Of a stretch of 64,000 nt of DNA, positions 38,116 through 46,887 are shown one piece after another. Source of the stretch: Candidatus Obscuribacterales bacterium (GTDB lineage: Bacteria; Cyanobacteriota; Vampirovibrionia; Obscuribacterales; Obscuribacteraceae); assembly GCA_965228855.1 (NCBI GenBank), contig CBDDIJ010000003.1, forward strand, positions 448,001 through 512,000, given 5' to 3'. Under the pieces are notes generated by a model. The model was not told where the DNA came from and ran no database searches. It saw only the letters and a program-made list of their open reading frames with translations. Position numbers and translations under genes: made by a program. Each line of letters opens with the position of its first letter. Within the stretch, counting starts at the first letter, position 1.

Positions 38116-39057
38116 TCACTGGCGTTCAGTTTCTTGTGCGGGCGCAATCACCCCGGTTCGAATGTGGATGTCCCTCTGCGGGAAGGGAATTTCTATGCCT
38201 TCAGTCTTCAATCTTTCGAATATTTCATAATACAGATTGCTTTTCAGGACAAGAGGGCGACGAGTGAAGTCGCAAGTCCAGACCCACAAGTCGAATCGCA
38301 GGGCGCTGTCTCCAAAACCGCTGAAAATAAGCTCGGGTCTGGGATCTTTTAGCACGCCGTCATGCTTGCGTGCGACGTCCTCGATCAGCTCTTTCACTTG
38401 GCTGGGGTCGCTTTTATACGAAACCGTTACTGGTATCGTCAGACGGATGTTGGGCGAACTGTGACTCCAGTTGGTCACTTTCTTGGTGATGAACTGCGAG
38501 TTTGGAACTATGATTTCGATATTCTCATCGGTGAGAATCGTCGTCGCTCGAAAGGTTATGTTGGTGATATCACCTACGGTACCATCAACCTCAACACGGT
38601 CACCGATCTTCACAGGGCGCTCAGTAAAGAGGGTGACGCCGCTCACGACATTGGAAATCAGGCTCTGCAGACCTACAGTCAGACCCAGACCGATAGCACC
38701 CGCTATGATCGTCAGTGAGCTTAAGTCGACGCCTGCGCTTTGCAATATAACCAGGAAACCGATGCCGATCATCAAATAACGAACTACGGTACTGATACCA
38801 TGTGTGGTGCCAATGTCGAGATTGGTTCTCGTTTCCGCTTGCTTGATGATGAAGCGCTGCATCTTGCCGGTTAAAATCAACAACAGTATCGTCAGCACTG
38901 CCAGATACAGGATCGACCACCAGGTCAAGCCCGTATTACCGACTTTCATAACTGGTTGCGAGAGGAGATTGCTTATGCTGCCCAGGTATTCCAAACTTCC
39001 CCTCCTTCTCTCCGTTGTACCGGCTCTCGACTGTTTCTGGGAAACGGCGCTCGTCAA
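38116..39057 (-). CDS. mscS: Small-conductance mechanosensitive channel (MscS family)
   Basis: GAIGLGLTVGLQSLISNVVSG, ERPVKIGDRVEV, IIVPNS, VTNWS, FGDSAL, GIEIPFPQRDI. Confidence 0.9.
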   Translation of the reverse strand: MTSAVSQKQSRAGTTERRRGSLEYLGSISNLLSQPVMKVGNTGLTWWSILYLAVLTILLLILTGKMQRFIIKQAETRTNLDIGTTHGISTVVRYLMIGIGFLVILQSAGVDLSSLTIIAGAIGLGLTVGLQSLISNVVSGVTLFTERPVKIGDRVEVDGTVGDITNITFRATTILTDENIEIIVPNSQFITKKVTNWSHSSPNIRLTIPVTVSYKSDPSQVKELIEDVARKHDGVLKDPRPELIFSGFGDSALRFDLWVWTCDFTRRPLVLKSNLYYEIFERLKTEGIEIPFPQRDIHIRTGVIAPAQETERQ

Positions 39058-39069
39058 TCCTTACAACAC

Positions 39070-40206
39070 TTAGAGCGTCGCCATTTCGATGTTGTCGAAA
39101 TTTCGACGATAGTATTTCATGTAATCGACTTTTCTTTCGAGTGCATCGATGACCGCATGACTGAAATTTACGCCTTCGAATTTCTGTGCGCTGCCCAGTC
39201 CTCCGGGGCTGAAGACGTTGATCTCCATAATTTTCTTTCCGACGATATCGAGTCGAACGAAGAACATTCCGTCCTGCACCAGCTTCGGTCGCACCATCTC
39301 TGCCAGTTCGAGCATGTCGTCGGTAACTTCCGTTTGCGTAACGTTTCCGGCTGCTTGATGCAGTCCGTTTCCGCCATCCTCTTCGATGTGCTCACGACGA
39401 AAGGCCGCGACCTTTCCTTTGTAGCGAAGAGGCTGACCATTCATCAAGAAGAGCCTGGTATCACCTTTTGCCGCTTCCGGCAAATACTCTTGAGCGATTA
39501 TATAACCCTCGTCGCATAGCGCATCGACGATCTGGTTCAGATTGGATAATTCGTTTTTCTTCACCAGAAAAACGCCTTGAGAACTCGATGCTTGCAACGA
39601 TTTCAATACGATGTTGCCGCCCTCTTCCTTGGCGAACTGCTTTACCGCGGCTTTGCTCCGCGTGATAATTGTTCGCGGGCGAACCTCTTCGGGGAAGAGT
39701 TGAAAGTACATTTTGTTCGTCGCCTTGGCCAGACCATTGGGATCGTTGAGCACGATTACGCCATGTCTCATGGCTACACGTCCGAAGTTGATGCCAACAT
39801 TTCTTGCCCAGGAGCGCGCCGCAATCTCCTGAGACGGATCGCTGCGAAGCAGCAGAATGTCCAGATCGTCGACGCAAATTTCTTCGGTCAGAGCCTTCTT
39901 GCTTTGTATGTCCGACAGATAGGAGGCTGCCGATTTGTAATTCTTTTTCGGCGCATGCTTAGCAATCGCTCGGATGCGATCGTCTTTGTCGTATTTGAAA
40001 CCGTCAGCGTTGATGATCCAGGCTTCGTGTCCGCGATTGATTGCGGTCATGGCGAGGCGGCTGTTTGTGAAGCCGACTTCTTGAGTCATGATGTCGTTGA
40101 CGAAGAGCGCAATTCTCACTGGCTCGCTCCCTCGTATAGCCGAGCGATCGGCGGAGTATGGATATGATTTAAACAGTTTCGCAGAAACCGCTTCAACCGA
40201 ACTCAT
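39070..40206 (-). CDS. gshB: Glutathione synthetase-like ATP-grasp protein (divergent)
   Basis: LLLRSDP, VLNDPNGL..ATNKMY, QEYLPEAAKGDTRLFL, LDIVG..MEINVFSPGG. Confidence 0.75.
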   Translation of the reverse strand: MSSVEAVSAKLFKSYPYSADRSAIRGSEPVRIALFVNDIMTQEVGFTNSRLAMTAINRGHEAWIINADGFKYDKDDRIRAIAKHAPKKNYKSAASYLSDIQSKKALTEEICVDDLDILLLRSDPSQEIAARSWARNVGINFGRVAMRHGVIVLNDPNGLAKATNKMYFQLFPEEVRPRTIITRSKAAVKQFAKEEGGNIVLKSLQASSSQGVFLVKKNELSNLNQIVDALCDEGYIIAQEYLPEAAKGDTRLFLMNGQPLRYKGKVAAFRREHIEEDGGNGLHQAAGNVTQTEVTDDMLELAEMVRPKLVQDGMFFVRLDIVGKKIMEINVFSPGGLGSAQKFEGVNFSHAVIDALERKVDYMKYYRRNFDNIEMATL

Positions 40207-40399
40207 ATGTTATGCGGATATCGCCGGTTATTTCAATGTGATATCGAGTTTCGAACGAAAAACAATCGATCGAGACGTCAAAGCGGTCGACTGGTTTCGG
40301 TTTGTAAGTTGCCCCCTCATTGTTTACAATTGGCTTCTCTTCGAGATTACTACCGTTCTTCGTGGTTTCTAAGACCGTGGGAGAGCGGAAAGGTACTTA

Positions 40400-42595
40400 A
40401 TGCGAGTTCTACCTGGTAAACCTTATCCCCTCGGCGCGACCTGGGATGGCTTGGGCGTCAATTTTGCGATCTTCTCGGAAAACGCCAGTCGCGTTGAGCT
40501 GTGCTTCTTCGACTCTCCCGACAGTCGTGTGGAATCACATCGTGTGATTATGCCCGAGTATACGAACCAGGTCTGGCATGTCTACTTAAAGGATGTTCAG
40601 CCCGGTCAGGTTTACGGCTACCGAGTTTATGGACCTAATAACCCCAAAGAGGGTTTTCGGTTCAATCCATACAAGATTCTCATTGACCCATACGCTAAGT
40701 TGATTGCACGACCTCTTGTATGGCATGAGAGTCTCTACGGCTACACTATCGGGCATAAGGACAAAGACCTCAGTTTCGACAAACGGGACAGCGCACCATA
40801 TGCGCCACTGTGCGCCGTAGTCGACGATGCTTTTACCTGGTCGAACGACGCTCGTCCGAACACTCCGTGGTACAAAACCGTTATCTACGAAGCACATGTA
40901 AAAGGGCTTTCCAAGCTACACCCGTTGATTCCGGCGGAACTGCAGGGCACATACATGGGTCTGGCGTCCGAGCCTGTGATTCGACATCTAAAAACTCTAG
41001 GCGTCACCGCAATCGAATTGATGCCGATTCATCATCGCGTCGATGATCACAGGCTGGTCTCAGCCGGAATGGCTAATTATTGGGGCTACAACACACTTTC
41101 GTTTTTTGCTCCGGACATTCGATATTCACGTCCGGGAAGTTCTTTGAACGCCGTTCAAGAATTCAAAATGATGGTTCGTACCCTTCACGCGGCCGGAATC
41201 GAAGTGATACTGGATGTGGTGTACAACCATACGGCTGAAGGCAGCGAACTCGGACCCACTCTTTCATTTCGTGGAATCGACAATCTTTGTTATTACAGAA
41301 CGCAGCTCGACGAGCGGCGCTACTATATGGACTATACCGGTTGCGGCAACACGCTCAACATGATTCATCCGAACGTGTTGCAGTTGATCATGGATAGCCT
41401 GCGTTACTGGGTCGAGGAAATGCACGTTGATGGTTTCCGATTTGACCTTGCCAGTGCACTTGCTCGAGAGTTATTCGATGTTGATAAACTGTCCGCGTTT
41501 TTCGACGTCATTCAGCAAGATCCGGTAATTTCTCGCGTCAAACTGATTGCAGAACCTTGGGATCTCGGTATGGGTGGTTACCAGGTGGGCAATTTCCCTG
41601 TTCTCTGGACGGAATGGAATGGGAAATATCGTGACACCATACGCCGCTTCTGGCGCGGGGATGCCGGCGAACTCGGGGAAATGGCGACTCGGATGACCGG
41701 TAGCAGCGATCTATACGAACACAGCGGAAGAAGCCCCCACGCCAGCATTAACTTTGTCACCGCCCATGATGGCTTCACTCTGAATGATCTTGTTAGTTAT
41801 AACCACAAACATAACCTGGCCAACTTGGAAAACAACAGGGACGGTGAGGAGCACAATAGCAGCTGGAACTGTGGTGTCGAGGGCGTTACCTCGGATGAAG
41901 ATGTCATTGCGGTTCGGCTACGCCAGCGCAAAAATTTCATCGCCACGCTGATGCTTTCGATCGGGGTTCCGATGATAAGCGGTGGTGATGAACTTGGACG
42001 GACTCAATCAGGTAATAATAATGCGTACTGTCATGATAGCGAATTGAGCTGGACGCATTGGAACCTGGACGAGAATGACAAGGAATTTCTCCGCTTCTTC
42101 AAGACGATCGCGTCAATCAGAAAGTCTCAACCGGTTTTGCAGAGGCGGCGGTTTTTCCGGGGGCGCGTTGGAAGCGTCGCTGAAAATATTCGTGATGTAA
42201 TCTGGCTCAATGCCGACGGTTCCGAGATGACGCAAGCTGACTGGCAGCAGAGCGACCGCCGATATCTTGGTGTCATATACGATGGCAAAGAGATCGACGA
42301 TTTCGATGAGGAAGGTAACCTTCTTGTTGGCAGCAGCTTGTTGATCTTGATGAACGCATTTTGGAAGGATATCGAGTTTACTTTGCCGCCCAGAGAAACA
42401 GAGTCTTACGCGCGCTCCAGCATCTTCCTGGCTGACAATCTATGCTGGAAACTTCTTGCCGAGACCTCCGGAAATCTTTCTCCCAGTTGCTGGGAATTGA
42501 GTTCGATGTTTCTTCTGGAAGCACGCAGTTTGGCAGTGTTCGAACTCGGCGCGAAGGACGAAAACCTGCCGTACAGCTCCGAACTCATTCACTAG
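40400..42595 (+). CDS. glgX: Glycogen debranching enzyme (GH13 isoamylase)
   Basis: PLGATWDG, NYWGYNT, DVVYNHTAEG, DGFRFDLA, IAEPWD, NFVTAHDGFTL. Confidence 0.97.
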   Translation: MRVLPGKPYPLGATWDGLGVNFAIFSENASRVELCFFDSPDSRVESHRVIMPEYTNQVWHVYLKDVQPGQVYGYRVYGPNNPKEGFRFNPYKILIDPYAKLIARPLVWHESLYGYTIGHKDKDLSFDKRDSAPYAPLCAVVDDAFTWSNDARPNTPWYKTVIYEAHVKGLSKLHPLIPAELQGTYMGLASEPVIRHLKTLGVTAIELMPIHHRVDDHRLVSAGMANYWGYNTLSFFAPDIRYSRPGSSLNAVQEFKMMVRTLHAAGIEVILDVVYNHTAEGSELGPTLSFRGIDNLCYYRTQLDERRYYMDYTGCGNTLNMIHPNVLQLIMDSLRYWVEEMHVDGFRFDLASALARELFDVDKLSAFFDVIQQDPVISRVKLIAEPWDLGMGGYQVGNFPVLWTEWNGKYRDTIRRFWRGDAGELGEMATRMTGSSDLYEHSGRSPHASINFVTAHDGFTLNDLVSYNHKHNLANLENNRDGEEHNSSWNCGVEGVTSDEDVIAVRLRQRKNFIATLMLSIGVPMISGGDELGRTQSGNNNAYCHDSELSWTHWNLDENDKEFLRFFKTIASIRKSQPVLQRRRFFRGRVGSVAENIRDVIWLNADGSEMTQADWQQSDRRYLGVIYDGKEIDDFDEEGNLLVGSSLLILMNAFWKDIEFTLPPRETESYARSSIFLADNLCWKLLAETSGNLSPSCWELSSMFLLEARSLAVFELGAKDENLPYSSELIH

Positions 42596-42667
42596 ACCAT
42601 TCCAATCCAATTATTCAAATGACTGTATGTCTCGGGCACGTTCCAAACCGGTGATGCTTCGGCTGAA

Positions 42668-43249
42668 CTACTCTCGCGGCGTCTGTCCAAGCTCGTTCTC
42701 AATAACGTTAGTTCCAAACACCTTTTGAGTTTTAATGATAAATGGCAGGCAGAGCATAAACGATAGCAAACCCTGCATTAGGCAAGCCTCGAGAAGATCC
42801 AGTTCGTCTGAGAACAAAAGCTTATCTTTGAAGAACGTGGCAACCAGTGCAAAAGTTATCGCTGGCACCACGCATGGTGTCAATGAAATAAGCCACCTTG
42901 GTTGGTTGCCCAGCAAAACACGAATTGCGATCGCTTTGGCGATGTCCGGATTACGAACGTCAGACATCGAGAGCTTCCGAAGGTTTTGGGCAACTACGAA
43001 CATTATGGCAAAGTAGCCGCTTATCGCTAAAAATAGAAAAGTTACGAGGATGAATGCCACAGCGAAGATAAACAGGAACAGACCCTGATCCGTAAGTGAC
43101 CCGGTCCACGATATATTGAGCACCGATGGAAGTACCAGGTTCATATTTAGTACTACTGCGATCATCTGCGAAATCGCATAAAGCGGCGAGCTGAATGGAT
43201 ACTCAGGTCGTTTCGTCGGAATATTTTGTTGCGGAAGCTCTTTGACCAA
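42668..43249 (-). CDS. Hypothetical membrane protein (about 4 TM)
   Basis: 193-aa ORF with several hydrophobic segments. Confidence 0.6.
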   Translation of the reverse strand: MVKELPQQNIPTKRPEYPFSSPLYAISQMIAVVLNMNLVLPSVLNISWTGSLTDQGLFLFIFAVAFILVTFLFLAISGYFAIMFVVAQNLRKLSMSDVRNPDIAKAIAIRVLLGNQPRWLISLTPCVVPAITFALVATFFKDKLLFSDELDLLEACLMQGLLSFMLCLPFIIKTQKVFGTNVIENELGQTPRE

Positions 43250-43408
43250 AGTAAAACCAAAACGAACTCATAAAGTATTCTACCAGCCTCTAGCCCCAGT
43301 AGATAACCCTTTCAGCATATTTGCAGGAGCTTTCAATTCGCTTCCAAAGCGGATTCCATCTGGATTGATATCAGTCCGCTTGCTGCACACTTTCGAGGCA
43401 AAACGCGG

Positions 43409-44452
43409 TTAGAGAAGGTGATTTATTTTCGCCAGGAATACTAGAGTGCCAATCCCCGCCGTCAACAACAAAATTGCGATTACGAATAAAATCACGAGTT
43501 TTGATCGTGGGCAGGTCGCAGGCAAGGGGCGCGCAGGTGTCTGTTCATTCCGGAAACATTCTTTATTCCTGATCAGTTCAGCTGCACTCTTCAGCATCTC
43601 GAGCATTTCATCTGCTGTTTGAAATCGATCTTCCGGATTTTTCGCTACCGCTCTGGCTACTATCTCTTCCAAGATAGGAAGGAAACTGCGTCTTGGTGCT
43701 GCTTCCGACAGGGTCGGCGGTGGCATCATCACATGCATGCTCATGGTTTGAAGAGACGTTTTCCCTAAGAAAAGTGGTTCGCCAGTCAACAACTCAAACA
43801 TAATGCAGCCAGTCGAGTAGATGTCGCTGCGGGTATCAAGGTGTTGTCCTTTCACTTGTTCCGGACTCATGTAGACCGGGCTTCCAACAATGTGACCGGT
43901 TTTTGTGATTGGGCGGGCCGGTTCGACCGGTATCGCCAGCTTGGCTAACCCGAAGTCTAAAATCTTGACGGACGGGTTGTCGCTTTCGATCTCGTCGACC
44001 ATGATGTTCGCAGTCTTCAAATCCCTGTGTACAAGAGCGTTTGCGTGAATTGCCCTGAGCCCTTCGCATATCAGGATTGCGATTTGAACAGCCTTACCCG
44101 CAACGAGCGGACCTCGCTCCTGGACTGCTCGGCGGAGGGTCGAACCGTCGACGAATTCCATCACCATGTATGGGCGTTCGTCGGGCGTCATGCCGAAGTC
44201 GTACATCTGGACGCAATTTTCATGTTTTACTGCGCAGGCGGCGAGCGCACCGCGATGAAACCTGCGCAGTTCCTCATCAGAAACAATCTGCTCAGTCAGA
44301 ACTTTGATTGCGACTGGTCTTCTCAGAGCTCGGTCATTAGCCTTGTAAACTGAGCAAGAACCGTGTTTGGCCAGGCATTTGATTAATTCGTATCGCCCGG
44401 CTAGTGCATGATCTGAGTCGTTATTGGTTGATAAATCTACATCCGTGGTCAT
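43409..44452 (-). CDS. Ser/Thr kinase with C-terminal TM anchor; degenerate Gly-loop and alphaC
   Basis: VAIK, HRDLKTAN, DFG, GSPVYMSPE; LAKHGSCSV; RFHRGA; ATG 44452 (ORF track starts 44494). Confidence 0.85.
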   Translation of the reverse strand: MTTDVDLSTNNDSDHALAGRYELIKCLAKHGSCSVYKANDRALRRPVAIKVLTEQIVSDEELRRFHRGALAACAVKHENCVQMYDFGMTPDERPYMVMEFVDGSTLRRAVQERGPLVAGKAVQIAILICEGLRAIHANALVHRDLKTANIMVDEIESDNPSVKILDFGLAKLAIPVEPARPITKTGHIVGSPVYMSPEQVKGQHLDTRSDIYSTGCIMFELLTGEPLFLGKTSLQTMSMHVMMPPPTLSEAAPRRSFLPILEEIVARAVAKNPEDRFQTADEMLEMLKSAAELIRNKECFRNEQTPARPLPATCPRSKLVILFVIAILLLTAGIGTLVFLAKINHLL

Positions 44453-44624
44453 GGTCGTGTGCCAAAGTAACAAACCCTGTCTCAAGTCGAACACGGGTGC
44501 TGGGCCGGGTGGAAAGAAGACAGAGGTTTAGGATTAGTAAGTTCGAAATGCGAAAGAGGCCAGCACCTTATCCATAATTCTATTTATAGAATGTGGCTAA
44601 AAAGTACCTTGACAGCCTGCGGAT

Positions 44625-45392
44625 TTAATTTTTGCCTGAGGCTCCAGCCGTTTCCGTGTGTGAATTAGTCGGTGGTTCGGTGACGGTTAACCAGTTTAAC
44701 TGTTTGATCGGTTTCGCTTTCTCGTTGCCGATGTCCAGCAAGGCTCCGGAATCTGGATCTCTAATCCAGCTTTCTTTCCATGGACCCATGTCGGTGTAGA
44801 GGAGGTCTTGCACTCCGAGTGCCACCATATCCGATGCAAACTTTTGCAGAGTAATCCAGCTTTTGCTTTCCACCAGAATCGGTGCGCCGCTCGAAAGGTG
44901 TCCGATTGCTCTTCGTAAATACTTGCCCTTATCTTTGAATACTTGTGCGTTCCGGTCTTTTACGATCGTGAATTGTTGAAACAAACATCCGCCCTTTCGG
45001 GCTATCTTATCGAGATATTGCGGGGTGAAACCGGCACCGTTATTGGTATCAATAAGTTTGAACTTCCCTCCCAAAATTTCAAGCGCGCCGCCCAGTTTTG
45101 GATTGACCCGGTTGTGAACTTCGCCGTTAAAGACCAGCACACCGATTGGCTTTTCATCGGCTGTGACAAAACCAGCGGGAATGGCAACAAGGATTTCCGG
45201 ATTTTCGCGTTTCGGTTTTTCAACCGTAAAATTTACCGATGCTCCGTTCAAAAGTACAAAAAGATATTTCTCTCCGGATGGCGCAGTTCTAGTCTCCAAA
45301 CTGAGCGGATTTGCTGCCATAACCGGCATTCCGCAGCCAACAAAGAACACTGCGGCGAGTAAAGACGAAAGTTTAGTACGATGCAAATTCAA
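44625..45392 (-). CDS. Exported protein, distantly phosphodiester glycosidase (NAGPA)-like
   Basis: Signal peptide; RRAIG..ITLQKFASDMVALGVQDLLYTDMG resembles RTAIG..TL.ELA..L..LG...A.NLDGG. Confidence 0.5.
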   Translation of the reverse strand: MNLHRTKLSSLLAAVFFVGCGMPVMAANPLSLETRTAPSGEKYLFVLLNGASVNFTVEKPKRENPEILVAIPAGFVTADEKPIGVLVFNGEVHNRVNPKLGGALEILGGKFKLIDTNNGAGFTPQYLDKIARKGGCLFQQFTIVKDRNAQVFKDKGKYLRRAIGHLSSGAPILVESKSWITLQKFASDMVALGVQDLLYTDMGPWKESWIRDPDSGALLDIGNEKAKPIKQLNWLTVTEPPTNSHTETAGASGKN

Positions 45393-45815
45393 TTACTTTG
45401 CATATTGTTCTGCGAGATCTCCGATGATTGGCAGCTTATACATCTCGCGTTGATTTGCCTTGAGCATCAGCACTACGCTCACGATGAACCAGACGGCGCA
45501 AATGCCGAACCACGCCAGACCGCTGATAATCGCGAAAATCCCTCCAAGTACAGGAATCGCAGACAACAGTCCCACGATGTACACGGCGATATTGCCGACG
45601 ACAAGGACGCCCAATAGCATCAATGATTGAATTGCATGAAAGCGAACGAACAGGTTTGCTTTGGGCTCTGTCATTAGCCAGACGATGCCCGCAATAAGGC
45701 TGAACATCGGCACCGGCAAGTAACAGATAAGTGCGGCGACGTTGTAGTCCAAACCCAATGTCTGTGTGGTTCCGACTAATTCATGCTTGGTTTTGTCCGG
45801 AAATTGATTGTTCAT
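45393..45815 (-). CDS. DUF4870/Tic20-like membrane protein
   Basis: GLDYNVAALICY, FVRFHAIQS, KANQREMYKLPIIG. Confidence 0.8.
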   Translation of the reverse strand: MNNQFPDKTKHELVGTTQTLGLDYNVAALICYLPVPMFSLIAGIVWLMTEPKANLFVRFHAIQSLMLLGVLVVGNIAVYIVGLLSAIPVLGGIFAIISGLAWFGICAVWFIVSVVLMLKANQREMYKLPIIGDLAEQYAK

Positions 45816-45980
45816 GACCCTGCCTTAGTACCTATTGGGGAGCCCCATTCACTTCCGTGATTCTACGCGAATTCGGTGGAAATTAGCCGAAAAACTTGAG
45901 ATGTCAGCATGTCATAATTAACCTGAGATGCTGTTTGCTGGTGTTTAACAGCGTTTTAACTGACCTCGTTCGACCGCCAG

Positions 45981-46877
45981 GTGAAAGAAGGATTCAAGAT
46001 AGTGAAACGATTTGTCGCTTGTTCTCTGTTAATTATGCTCGGAATGGGTTTCAGTCCGCTGGCGGCGTCTGCTCAATTGCTCACTTCTCCGTCAAACGAA
46101 CCCGAGGTCGCTGAGCCGAAAAAAGAAGATCCTGTGGTGAAAAAGGAAGAAGCGAAAAGCGATGGCTCGTCCGATTCGAAGGATGAGAAAAAGGCGAAAA
46201 AAGCGAAAGAAAGTTCGGATAAGGCTGCGAAAAAGGCTGCTGCTGCTGCCAAGAAGGCTGATGCGGCGGCAAAGAAAACCGCTGAAGAAGCGAAGAAAAA
46301 CAGCGACGCGTCCGCAGACACGTCGTCCTCGGCAAAACCCAATAAAGCGGGGCGACCAGACGACCGGATGCAAACTCCTGATGCGGAAGACATAAAACTT
46401 CTTGAGCAAAGGCTCGAGAAGAAAGCCGCTAAGAAGTCTAAGAAGGATGAGAATGATTCTTCTAAGAAGGCGGATAACAACACGGATAAAAAGGCGGACG
46501 ATAAACCTACGGACAGCAAGGGTACGAAAAAAGCATCTGAGGGGGACGACAGTATAGGCACCGAATCCGGTGATAAGCCTGTTAAAGCAGATAAGGTTCC
46601 CTTCGGTAAACGCATGGCTTCGTTTACCTGTGGAGCGGTTTTAGGTTATCCGGTAGCTATGGCAAAACGAAGCGTGTACCAGACGAGAAATGGCACTCGT
46701 GATTTCGTCGGGGAAACTCGCAACCCCTTCCTTCTGATACCGGCTGTGGTGGTGAGCGCCCCCTATGGATTTGTAGGTGGTTTTTTTGAAGGCGCTCAGT
46801 ATTCAGTAATGAATAGCTGGAAAGCCAGTGGGGAAGAGCCGTTCAGCAAAGAGACCTTCAGTCTCGACGACGATTAA
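45981..46877 (+). CDS. Exported protein with Lys/Asp/Ala-rich low-complexity region and conserved-looking C-terminal domain
   Basis: Signal peptide; KAAKKAAAAAKKAD; C-terminal EEPFSKETFSLDDD. Confidence 0.7.
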   Translation: MKEGFKIVKRFVACSLLIMLGMGFSPLAASAQLLTSPSNEPEVAEPKKEDPVVKKEEAKSDGSSDSKDEKKAKKAKESSDKAAKKAAAAAKKADAAAKKTAEEAKKNSDASADTSSSAKPNKAGRPDDRMQTPDAEDIKLLEQRLEKKAAKKSKKDENDSSKKADNNTDKKADDKPTDSKGTKKASEGDDSIGTESGDKPVKADKVPFGKRMASFTCGAVLGYPVAMAKRSVYQTRNGTRDFVGETRNPFLLIPAVVVSAPYGFVGGFFEGAQYSVMNSWKASGEEPFSKETFSLDDD

Positions 46878-46887
46878 GAGGTTAAAA

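Noticed and set aside
46073..46615. Long antisense ORFs here, at 26470-27096 and elsewhere
   Set aside because: Shadows of real genes with biased codon use; no independent coding signal
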